NCBI RefSeq assembly: GCF_006345805.1
Contig: NC_042998.1
Location: 110,980,001 to 111,044,000 of the forward strand
Direction of reading: 5' to 3'
DNA from: Octopus sinensis
Taxonomy: Eukaryota
Length of the DNA: 64,000 nt
The position numbers and the translations under genes are program-made. Shown here piece after piece: positions 41,869 through 52,396 of the stretch (position 1 is its first letter; every line of letters begins with the position of its first letter). The notes under the pieces were generated by a model. It did no database searches, was not told where the DNA came from, and saw nothing but the letters and a program-made list of their open reading frames with translations.

Positions 41869-42692
41869 TGTGTGTATGTTTGGATGTATGTAAGTATTAC
41901 CGTGTACATGACAAATACTCTTGGAGATGAAGTCATCCTGTAACTTAAGAAAGCCAATTATGTATTCGGAAAATTAAGTGCATGTTTTCGAGTCACAACA
42001 TTGAATTTCAAATGCGACAAGTTTGAAGGTCTACAATATGTGTGCATCGTCTTGGGTGCTATATGCATATAAGATTTGGTAGTTTTCGGAGTCATATGGT
42101 GCGACTTCAACAACAATCCACAATGTCTTCGTCGTATGAACGATATTCGATGAGAAATATATGGACGTGACACTAAAATTTCATGCGCAATAAGTCTATC
42201 AGTATAGAATGAGAATACTAAGGACTTCAGTGATTAAGATGAGACGGTCGTATCCCTGAGCCATTTCTGTATGCCAAGGAAAAGAACTAGCGAACGAGCA
42301 AAATTAAACTACACCTAATGCATCAAAAATACACCGAAGATCATAAAATTTCGGAAACTGGTCAAAAAGCCTTACTCTAAGTTATTCATCTCGAGGGAAA
42401 ACAGAACATGATGATGGATAGAGGGGGGATTTTGAAAAAAATCGCATCAAGAAAGGTATACTTAAGGTTTTTGATCTGAATTTACCTAAGTATGATGGCG
42501 CACAGACAATTTAACATGTAAGGTGCGTGGACGTGTCCGTCTACATAATGGAAGCCTTAGATGTTATCAATGAAGCCGTACACAGGGTATTGTTGTGAGA
42601 AAGAATGTGCGTCAAGAGAAGGGAAAAGCCACATCCGTGTTGCTCATGATTAAGACAAACAATTAGGTGACTTGAAAACACATACACATATA

Positions 42693-42850
42693 TACGACGG
42701 GTTTCTTTCCGTTTCTGTCTACCAAATCCACTCACAAGGCTTTGGTTGACCCGAGGCCATAGTAGAAGACACATGCCCAAGGTGCCACGCAGTGGAACTG
42801 AAACCGGATCCATGTGGCTGGAAAGCAAGCTTCTTACAACACAGCCACTT
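42693..42850 (-). mobile_element. SINE family A, 5' half including the tRNA-like head
   Basis: Minus strand agtggctgtgttgtaagaagcttgctttccagccacatggatccggtttcagttccactgcgtggcaccttgggca. Confidence 0.85.
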
Positions 42851-43146
42851 ATATATCAGATAACAAAGACGGCTATAACGAAGCACATGTCTATGTACTG
42901 ACAGGGGAGCTAACTGCCCCACAGCGAGCGAGATCATCACACAAGAAAAGCATTTTCGCTTGAAATGAAAGTTCTCCTGTTAGGACTACTCCGTCGCTGA
43001 ATGGTTTGCTCAAATTCCGTATGTCATTATGTAGTATTCCCCATATGAATCAATATAATATATTGCATGTACACACACACACACACACACACATATTTTA
43101 CTTGTTTCAAACATTTGACTGCACCCTGCTGGATCACTGCGTCAGT

Positions 43147-43783
43147 GTGGAGCGTGTTTTTACGATTTTCGATTTCGTAATGGGTAGTGTAGAAACGTTT
43201 TGAATGGACATCAAAATAACTGGTGTAAACACAATGGAAAAAACGCCGCGACTTATTTATTAGTTATAGAATACAATTTTCAGTGTATCTTCTTCTGGTA
43301 GCTTTTAAATGACTATGATAAAATTACTCTAAAATACGGCTTTAAAATGTATTTCTTTTTTTCTGTGACTTCAACTTCTCCCTACACAAGCAGGGACGAG
43401 TGTGTACTGTGATTTACATTTAGATGTAAAACTTTCTGAATTTGATAAATTACAATATTTACGATATTTTTGCATATTTTGAGGTGTTTGAGGAGGCAGA
43501 TGTATTTACTATAAAAAAACAAATATCACGTTGTAGTCGTATTTAAGAGTAGTTTCATCACAATCATTTCAAAGCTACCCGAAGCAGATGCAATGAAAAA
43601 TGAACTATATAGGTATTAGAGGCGTTTTTCTTTTTTCACTTTTTCCATTTTTCGATGCATTTGTGGAGACAGAAGATATTGTCACAGAGGACTAAGATTT
43701 TACACCAGCTACTTTGATGTCCTTTCACAACTTTTCCGCTCTAACCCCATCACGAAATTGAAAATCGTGAAAAAGGGCTCCAC
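43147..43783. mobile_element. Foldback-type MITE with long imperfect inverted arms
   Basis: gtggagcgtgtttttacgattttcgatttcgtaatggg versus reverse complement gtggagccctttttcacgattttcaatttcgtgatggg. Internal inverted matches include ttctggtagcttttaaatgactatg / ttcgggtagctttgaaatgattgtg and aaattactctaaaatacgg / aaactactcttaaatacga. Confidence 0.75.
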
Positions 43784-43800
43784 CCTCATATGCATACATA

Positions 43801-43947
<147 letters not shown>

Positions 43948-43989
43948 TATATGCATATATACATACAGTTATGTACATACCTACATATA

Positions 43990-45035
43990 TGTATATATAC
44001 ATGCATATATGGGTACAAGACATTAGAAAACGTGAACAAAAAGAGAAAGCAGAACGTAAAAAACAGAGAAAATGAACAATATTCGAACAACAGAAGAAAA
44101 ACATAGAGAAAAGTGACAGGTAACATAAAGAACATTCCCTTCATCAGTTGTCCCCTGTTTTATCCACTCTGCGTTTCGAAGGTAGAGAAAAGACGTGACT
44201 TCGTTAAAACAGTCCTTCCCGCAAAACAAATTAAACAAACAAAACAATAGGAATATTTTGTGGAGGGTTTAAGTGGTTACAAAAGCAGGCCAGTGAGAAC
44301 AAAACAGTAAAAACAAACGGTGTGAGCTGCTAAGCCAAGACGATGTGATGTGGTGAACGCTGGAAAAACGAGCTTTGAGAAGAGACAGGTAAAAGCACGT
44401 CTTGTCTTTAGGAAGGTAGTGGAAGAAAGAAAGATGGATAGCCGTCGGTCACGTGTTAGCAACGAGAGAGTCAAGGAGGAAGCGTGAGAGAGAGAGAGAG
44501 TTAACAGTGAAGGGAAAAGGAGACGAATAGGGAAAGGGTGGGAGAGAAAAACAGAAAGGAAAAAGAACAAGAGATGAAGATAGATAGAAAGAATAGAGAT
44601 AGAATAAGAGTGCGCATCGTAATTATTGAGATAAAACTTACTTTGAATTGGACGCATGGCGTTCGATCATATATTAATATAAATAATATATAAGTATATG
44701 TATATATACATACCTATATGTACATACCTACATATATATGTATATATACATGCATACATGGGTACAGGACATAAAAGGAGTGAACATAAAGAGAAACGAG
44801 AACAAAAAAAAGACTGAGAAAATGAACAATTTTCGAACAACGAAAGAAACAAATAGAGAAACGAAACAGGCAACATAAAGAGCATTCCCTTCATCAGCTG
44901 TCTCCTGTTTCATCTACTCCGCGTTTCGAAGGTAGGAGCTTCGTTAAAATAGTCCTTCGATGAAGACGCGATTTCGTTAAAATAGTCCTTCCTACAAAAC
45001 AAATTAGATATAATTTGGGATTTTTTGCGGAGGGT
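43990..45035 (-). repeat. Two diverged direct copies of repeat family C (about 43990-44270 and 44740-45035) around a purine-rich spacer
   Basis: Both contain gggtaca.gacat..aaa..gtgaaca, aacataaag..cattcccttcatcag.tgtc, and gcgtttcgaaggtag..ttcgttaaaa.agtccttc. Confidence 0.85.
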
Positions 45036-45036
45036 T

Positions 45037-45612
45037 ATATATAATTGTTAAAGAGGACAACAAACGTTAAGGCAAGGCAAACATTCAAGTCGTATACATT
45101 ATTATTATTGGAAAAAAATTCAAAGTCTTACAGCTTTGTCTGGGATATTCCAGAGTATGGAATATTCCGTCGTCGGAAACAAATAGTGAAAATGAGAAGG
45201 GCAATCATTAATGAAAAGACAACATAGAGGACAGGAATAAAGGAACAAGGAGATGAAGAAAGAGAAGAAACAAGAAGCATAAAAGTTCATAGTTGAACTT
45301 TTCGATCTTGTAGAAATATGTCCATAAGTTTTTAGGTGCAACCCTGAATTAATCTACAAGAATGGAAATTTGAACTGTGAACCTTTATGCTTCGTTTTCT
45401 TCTCTTTCTTCAAATCCTTATTCTTTTACTCCTGTCCTCTATGTCATCTTTTCATTAACCTACACTCTTCTCATTTTCCCAATTTGTCTCCGATGACGAA
45501 ATATCCCATACTATATACAATATAGTATGAATTTTTTCCAATAATAACAATGTATATGACTTGAGATGGTTGCCTTGCCTTAACGTTTGTCGACCTCCTT
45601 AACAATTATATA
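45037..45612. repeat. Inverted pair of PLE terminal-repeat-like units (about 45037-45310 and 45350-45612)
   Basis: The reverse complement of the right arm aligns to the left arm along its length, at roughly 75-80 percent identity by eye (e.g. tatataattgttaa, caaacgttaaggcaaggcaa, ttaatgaaaaga, catagaggacagga, gaagaaagagaagaaa). Confidence 0.85.
45125..45180 (-). ncRNA. Degenerate type I hammerhead (U4C core) in the left arm; partial counterpart at 45486-45529 (+)
   Basis: GTTT-CCGACGA-C-GGAATATTCCA(tactc)TGGAATATCCC-AGACAA-AGCTG-TA-AGAC. The right arm supplies GTCT-CCGATGA-C. The merged consensus would give an ACAGCTGT palindrome and GUA triplet; GAAA is decayed in this copy. Confidence 0.55.
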
Positions 45613-46924
45613 TCTTCTATATCGGAAATCTTGAATGGCTCCATAACTACCGTCTATGCTATAACCTTGGAGCCCTAGTAATCTGTTACAGCACGTACCA
45701 AATCGTTTAGATCACCTGTGAACTAGATCCCCATATTTAGTGTAAATATATATATAAATTAATCTTTTCTCAAAAAATTTTAAAAGGAAGAACATCCATT
45801 TGCCAATTACTAGAAACTCTGAAAGGAAAGGAGAGGTAATTAAAAGACATTTTAAGTTTCTGGAATTTTAATTTCTATGACCTGACTAATTATGGTGTAA
45901 GGTATTTTTGCCGTACATAGCATCGCTAATCTAGTGGCATCATTAACAATCGTATTTGAATATTCAGGATTGATACAGTGGTAACGAGACGACAATAAAA
46001 AAAGGAAAATTTTAAAATTTGTCTAGAGACTTTGACAGCAAAAAATACCAGGATAATAAAAAAATATCTATGGTTAACGCAGTAACAAGCACAGTTAGAC
46101 TGACATATTAAACTTTTACGTTAAAAATATTACAAAACAAAACCGAAACATAATTAGTTACTCTGACGTTCCTTTGAGCAAATATCTAAGAGAACAAATA
46201 TTGGTATTTTTGCAAGCTTAATTGACAAAGTATCAGAGTGGGAAAATAAGGGGTCAGAAAGAAAGAAAGAAAGAAAGAAAAGGAGCGAGACGGGAAGAGA
46301 TAATGTAGGAAAGACGAAGGAAATGAGACTGACATTAAATACTGTCAGAGCAATTTATGCAACTTTGAAGTATAAAAGTCTGCGTTAGAATCAAAAATGG
46401 GAGAAATGGAGCAGAATTGATCAGAACACATAAAAGACAACGCAAATGGAACGTACTCATCTTCAGCTGTCTCTCTAAGGAATTTATTGATATCCACGTC
46501 CTAGCGAGATTGCTGCCCTAGTGTCAATGACTTTTACTTTACAATGTTGTTTACATTGATGTGACCATTGAGCTTTCATTATCACTTATATTTCTTTCAA
46601 ACTCTATCTCTCCCTATTTTGAAACTTTACCTCACTTCTTTCCATCCATTCTCTCTTACATGCGTTATTCTGCTCTTCCAATATTCCACTATGTTCGAGT
46701 TTAACTTTTGTGGGAAAGCTATTTCGTGTTAGCTTCCTTGTATCGTCTCCCTCTCTGTCTCCATAGTACCGTATCAGTGTCTTATTGCTCAATTTACCTA
46801 TCTAAACTATTTTTCTGCACCATCTTTAGCAGTCCAAATACTGGTATCTTCTTCCAGCGTGACAGAGAGAGAGAAATCGACCAATAAAAAGTCTTAACAC
46901 ATATCTTAAAGTTATATATATACT

Positions 46925-47139
46925 TTATTCTTCTTTTTATTCTTTTACTTGTTTCAGTCATTTCACTGCAGCCATGCTGGAGCACCGCCTTTACTCGAGC
47001 AAATCGACCTCAGGACTTATTCTTTGTAAGCCTAGTACTTATTCTATCGGTCTCTTTAGCCGAACCGCTAAGTTACGGGGACTTAAAGACACCAGCATCG
47101 GTTGTCAAGCGATGTTGGGGGGGAAAAACACAGATACAT

Positions 47140-47174
<35 letters not shown>

Positions 47175-47339
47175 CATATATACGACGGGCTTTTTCAGTT
47201 TCCGTCTACCAAATCTACTCACAAGGCTTTGGTCGACCTGAGGCTATAAGATACTTGTCCACAATGCGACGCAGTGGGATTGAACCCAGAACCATGTGCT
47301 TGGTAAACAAGCTACTTACCATACAACCACTCCTGCGCC

Positions 47340-47340
<1 letters not shown>
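46925..47340 (-). mobile_element. Full-length tRNA-derived SINE family A with an internal (CA)/(TA) microsatellite
   Basis: Minus-strand head aggcgcaggagtggttgtatggtaag (A-box-like), ggttcaatccc (B box, 47276-47286), and tail gaaacaagtaaaagaataaaagaa. Confidence 0.9.
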
Positions 47341-47384
<44 letters not shown>

Positions 47385-47606
47385 TTGTATATATATATAT
47401 ATATATATATACAAATTAGTAAATAAATGGCACAACTAAGTACCGATATTTACTGGAAATAGCGAACGTAAAAATACGACGCTAATGTGTAGCTTCACCG
47501 TGTATGTATTAGTAAAAATGCGTGTGTGCAACAAAATAGAGAAAAAAAACCGTCTTACCTCCAGGGAGAACATCTGAAAGATGAAACACCCGAAAAATGG
47601 ATAATG

Positions 47607-47675
47607 TGGTACCTGCAGGTTTCAGGTTTTGCAAGATATGTCTCTCACCCATATTTGCTTTACCTTCTTCAGCCA
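47607..47675 (-). ncRNA. Intact type I hammerhead ribozyme in the 431-bp unit (copy 1)
   Basis: TGG-CTGAAGA-AGG-taaa-GCAA-ATATG-(ggtgagaga)-CATAT-c-TTGC-aaaa-CCT-GAAA-CCTGCAGG-TA-CCA. Full core, palindromic stem III ACCTGCAGGT and GUA triplet; predicted cleavage between 47610 and 47609. Confidence 0.85.
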
Positions 47676-48037
47676 AACATATACCAAGACGAAACTACGA
47701 TGTTACCACATAAATACTAACACACTCGACTGAAATACTGAACGCTAACAGTACGAGAAACGGTGAAGAAGTTTCAAAATATCAGTAATGCAATACAAAG
47801 TACTGCCTTCCAGTAAAAAGTAGCCCGTGAGGGAAAAATACACAAATTAGTAAATAAATGGCACAACTAAGTACCGATATTTACTGGAAATAGCGAACGT
47901 AAAAATACGACGCTAATGTGTAGCTTCACCGCGTATGTATTAGTAAAAATGCGTGTGTGCAACAAAATAGAGAAAAAAAACCGTCTTACCTCCAGGGAGA
48001 ACATCTGAAAGATGAAACACCCGGAAAATGGATAATG

Positions 48038-48106
48038 TGGTACCTGCAGGTTTTAGGTTTTGCAAGATATGACTCTCACCGATATTTGCTTTACCTTCTT
48101 CAGCCA
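48038..48106 (-). ncRNA. Hammerhead copy 2, G12A core mutant
   Basis: Same fold as copy 1, but CCT-AAAA (plus strand t at 48054) and two stem II substitutions. Confidence 0.75.
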
Positions 48107-48161
48107 AACATATACCAAGACGAAACTACGATGTTACCACATAAATACTAGCACACTAAGT

Positions 48162-48467
48162 GGAGGCGCAATGGCCCAGTGGTTAGGGCAGCGGACTCGT
48201 GGTGGTAGGATCGCGGTTTCGATTCCCAGACCGGGTGTTGTGAGTGTTTATTGAGCGAAAACACCTAATGCTTCACGAGGCTTCGGGAGGGGTTGGTGGC
48301 AATCCCTGCTGTACTCTTTCGCCACAAATCTCTCTCATTCTTTCCTCTGTTGGCCTGCTCGCTTAGCCAGTGGGGTGGCATCATTTGAAGGCTAAAACAA
48401 TGTGAAGCGCATTATGACCAGCGATGTGTAGCAACATCTGAGAGCCTGGTCGGTCATGGTGATCACG

Positions 48468-48470
<3 letters not shown>
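48162..48470 (+). mobile_element. tRNA-derived SINE family E interrupting the second 431-bp unit (duplicate at 49326-49634)
   Basis: ggaggcgcaaTGGCCCAGTGGttagg (A box), GGTTTCGATTCC (B box) and a (TA)n tail. Homology to the unit stops at cacact just before it. Confidence 0.85.
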
Positions 48471-48513
<43 letters not shown>

Positions 48514-48770
48514 ATATATGTGTGTGTGTGGTGTGTGTGTGTATGTGTTTGTATATATATATATATATATATATACAAATTAGTAAATAAATGGCACAAC
48601 TAAGTACCGATATTTACTGGAAATAGCGAACGTAAAAATACGACGCTAATGTGTAGCTTCACCGTGTATGTATTAGTAAAAATGCGTGTGTGCAACAAAA
48701 TAGAGAAAAAAAACCGTCTTACCTCCAGGGAGAACATCTGAAAGATGAAACACCCGAAAAATGGATAATG

Positions 48771-48839
48771 TGGTACCTGCAGGTTTCAGGTTTTGCAAGA
48801 TATGTCTCTCACCCATATTTGCTTTACCTTCTTCAGCCA
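48771..48839 (-). ncRNA. Intact type I hammerhead ribozyme (copy 3, same as copy 1)
   Basis: Offset +1164 from copy 1; c at 48787 retains G12. Confidence 0.8.
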
Positions 48840-49201
48840 AACATATACCAAGACGAAACTACGATGTTACCACATAAATACTAACACACTCGACTGAAAT
48901 ACTGAACGCTAACAGTACGAGAAACGGTGAAGAAGTTTCAAAATATCAGTAATGCAATACAAAGTACTGCCTTCCAGTAAAAAGTAGCCCGTGAGGGAAA
49001 AATACACAAATTAGTAAATAAATGGCACAACTAAGTACCGATATTTACTGGAAATAGCGAACGTAAAAATACGACGCTAATGTGTAGCTTCACCGCGTAT
49101 GTATTAGTAAAAATGCGTGTGTGCAACAAAATAGAGAAAAAAAACCGTCTTACCTCCAGGGAGAACATCTGAAAGATGAAACACCCGGAAAATGGATAAT
49201 G

Positions 49202-49270
49202 TGGTACCTGCAGGTTTTAGGTTTTGCAAGATATGACTCTCACCGATATTTGCTTTACCTTCTTCAGCCA
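49202..49270 (-). ncRNA. Hammerhead copy 4, G12A core mutant (same as copy 2)
   Basis: t at 49218. Confidence 0.7.
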
Positions 49271-49631
49271 AACATATACCAAGACGAAACTACGATGTTA
49301 CCACATAAATACTAGCACACTAAGTGGAGGCGCAATGGCCCAGTGGTTAGGGCAGCGGACTCGTGGTGGTAGGATCGCGGTTTCGATTCCCAGACCGGGT
49401 GTTGTGAGTGTTTATTGAGCGAAAACACCTAATGCTTCACGAGGCTTCGGGAGGGGTTGGTGGCAATCCCTGCTGTACTCTTTCGCCACAAATCTCTCTC
49501 ATTCTTTCCTCTGTTGGCCTGCTCGCTTAGCCAGTGGGGTGGCATCATTTGAAGGCTAAAACAATGTGAAGCGCATTATGACCAGCGATGTGTAGCAACA
49601 TCTGAGAGCCTGGTCGGTCATGGTGATCACG

Positions 49632-49726
<95 letters not shown>

Positions 49727-49740
49727 GTGTGTGTGTGTGT

Positions 49741-50773
49741 TGACTTCTGACCACCGCCAAGACAACATCGATTTCTTCGCCTGCCGTAAAGGCATTTTTT
49801 TCCAAATACGCCAGCTAAGCTAAGTTGAACTGTCTACAGTCGTAAGACACCCGCTGTTTTTGTCCTGTTATTACTATTATTGTTTTTTGTATTTATATTC
49901 GTGTGGCATCGTCCGTTTTTCTGTCCTTGTTTCATATATATCGATCCTTTTTCCAAGAAATCTAATGCTCGTAGCTTAGTTTTTCCTTGGGACTGGCCGG
50001 ATCGGAGCGATCTCAAGATTAATCAGCCGAAATTGCGAGGATGATCCGAAATTGCGAGGATGATCTGAAGATTAGAGGCTTCGAATGACCCGCCCGTCTT
50101 TCGTGTCGTCTCTTTGAGTGTTTTGCGTTCGTGTCCCATTTTGTATTTTTATATATATTTTTTATACATATATTATTACATATTTTATTTATATATATAT
50201 TATTTTATACATATATTATCTTGTTCTCTTATGTATGTAAGAATTCCACTACTGTACGACTTCTACTCACACTTTCTCTATACTTCACTAGTCTGTCTTT
50301 CTCCCTTTGCACCTCACTGATTCTGTCTTCAAGCCAATCCTTGGCACGCTCTCTTTCTTCTCCCCTCTTTAATTCCTTCTTTCTCCCCCCCCTTTTGGTG
50401 CCTTTGTCCTTCTTTTTCTCTCTCTTTGATTCCTTTGCCCCCTTTTTTCTCTCTCTTCTCCTCTCACGTAACCGCCGGTCAACTAGCCTTTCGGCTTCTG
50501 ACCATCGCCACGACAACATCGATTTCTTCGCCTGCCGTAAAGACATTTTTTTCCAAATACGCAGCTAAGCTAAGTTGAACTGTCTACAGCCGTAAGACAC
50601 CCGCTGTTTTTGTCATGTTATTACCATTATTGTTTTTTGTATTTATATTCGTGTGGCATCGTGTGACATCCTGTGTTTCGTATATATCGATCCTTTTTCC
50701 AAGAAATCTAATGCTCGTAGCTTAGTTTTTCCTTGGGTCTGGCCGGATCGGAGCGATCTCAAGATTAATCAGC
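49741..50773 (+). repeat. Repeat family B as a partial head-to-tail tandem (about 1.4 units)
   Basis: ctgacca.cgcca.gacaacatcgatttcttcgcctgccgtaaag occurs at about 49748 and 50498; the second pass ends at gattaatcagcc (50773). Confidence 0.9.
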
Positions 50774-52312
50774 CTCAGATTAAATATATAAACACGAGGC
50801 AATTAATTATATGCCTCATGTTTATACATACTAATCTTTTCAAATTTGCTGTGCAGGCGCAGCTCCTCGTCGGCAATAAAAAAATTGCCAACTCTTAAAA
50901 TTCGAAAATTATCCAAAAACTTACAATACTTTATCATATCGAAGGGAAATGGAAAATAATAGACATTTTCACTTCTAGTGGCCTAGCGTGTAAAAATTTA
51001 ATCCAAAGACTATGTATCACTTCTAAAATACAGGGTACATTAAACACATACGTGGAATCCACTCAAGGGATTCATCACGCTAGAAAGGACAGCTAGGTTC
51101 CAGAACCACAAGATTAGGGATAACATCCCGAAAGGCACGAAATGAAAAATAAAAAACTTTTACCATCTAGTTTCCTGGATCAATTGGTTTCTGAATTTAG
51201 TTTAGCAAGTAAGATAATTTGCACCTAATTTTTTGTGGCACTGATTGCTCTCAAACCTCATTGTTATCTTGCAATAATTGCCAAAGCCTGCTTGTCACAC
51301 TCTGATATTCACTTCTTAAATAATCACTCGCGGATTGTCACAACATTAATATTGCATCCTGGTTGTATACAGAATCACACTGTCACTACCTCACACACAT
51401 TATCACTGCTGTATTTGTCCCATTTGGTTGTTGCTACCAGATTCTAAGCGTTGATTCACTATCTGATTAACATCCTTGGATTGCCTCGACCCGTTTATCA
51501 TCACGTCATCGCCGCCTCCAACTCCATTCTAGGAATTACCATTTCCTTTTTACATTTTTTCCAGTAAATGACTAGTTTATATGAATCTGTTCAGTTGGTT
51601 TCTAGACATAATGAACTGGATTAACTAAACAAGACTTTATGTTAGCTTGCACTTGTATCATTTATGCTATTTTAACAGAAATTTGAAATAGTTTATTATA
51701 GGAGATCCTGTTTATCTGTTAAAGAGAATATGAAGATTAATGAGGCAAAAATACGTGTTATCGGGGGAAAATGTCAACAGGATTAAATGTGAATATTGTT
51801 ATTAACATTACTCCCCTATCAGCAGTATCTACCAAACTTACATCGTCATCATCGTACTTATCGTCGTCATAATCGTCATGGATGTCTGAGTGGCGACCAT
51901 CTTCAACTTTTTCTCCTCTTTTGCTTGCGTATCAGTATCACAGTCATTCACTTTATCGTTGTGTTCATCTTCAATATCACAAAACCATCATCAGCAATCT
52001 ATTTAAGGAAAATGTTATTAAGAAAATCCCCTCGGAAAAGTAAAATATTATTAAAGAGGTATCAAATGAGAAAAGATTGGAATTAAAAGATGGCAGTTGA
52101 GGATTGAGGAAGAGGAGAGACCTTATTAAAAGGGCTGAGAATGTATACATCTGTCATCAATGTCGACATTATCTGAATGCTATAAAAATAAATATCGCTG
52201 ATAAGGCACATCCGACAGACATAAATACCAGTTAAACTATACACAACACTTTTTCGTACATTTCGATTTTCATATATTTATTCCCTTTACAAATTCTTCC
52301 ACCACATGCAAT

Positions 52313-52396
52313 AAAAATACAATTAGAGTAGTGTCAATTAAAATACAATTAGGGTAGTGCCAATTAAATTACAATTAGAGTAGTGTCAATTAAAAT
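52313..52396. repeat. 26-bp minisatellite, about 3.2 copies
   Basis: aattag(a/g)gtagtg(t/c)caattaaa(a/t)tac at 52321, 52347 and 52373. Confidence 0.9.

Larger units (their letters stand above)
47345..49700. repeat. Tandem duplication of a 1164-bp block (431-bp unit x 1.7 plus SINE E), with microsatellite junctions
   Basis: caaattagtaaataaatgg occurs at 47412, 47843, 48576 and 49007, and identical ORF pairs are offset by 1164 and 431. The two 1164-bp blocks appear identical; the 431-bp units differ at about 6 sites in about 310 bp. Confidence 0.95.

Noticed and set aside
47721-47790. Possible plus-strand (ambisense) hammerhead in the 431-bp unit
   Set aside because: A TACTG/CAGTA hairpin and a nearby GAAA exist, but the core reads CTGAAA (G8 missing) and stems I and III do not pair.
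48162-48240. tRNA gene
   Set aside because: A and B boxes are present but the sequence continues into a SINE body and (TA)n tail without a closed acceptor stem.
47526-49315. Four copies of a 64-aa ORF (MQQNREKK..)
   Set aside because: GTG start, antisense to the hammerhead, no recognisable homology; repetition only reflects the tandem DNA.
49985-50100. Family B core as an HDV-like or canonical hammerhead ribozyme
   Set aside because: A TCCTCGC loop-like motif and GGGAC/GTCCC-type pairing occur, but P3, P1.1 and J4/2 could not be assembled in order, and there is no properly placed CUGANGA.
51790-51990. Acidic minus-strand segment ending in a strong GAT|GTAAGT donor
   Set aside because: The frame leading into the donor has a stop about 30 codons upstream and no usable acceptor; likely decayed GAT/GAC repeat or transposon remnant.
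52313-52396. CRISPR-like array
   Set aside because: Contiguous 26-bp minisatellite with no spacers, in eukaryotic DNA without cas genes.
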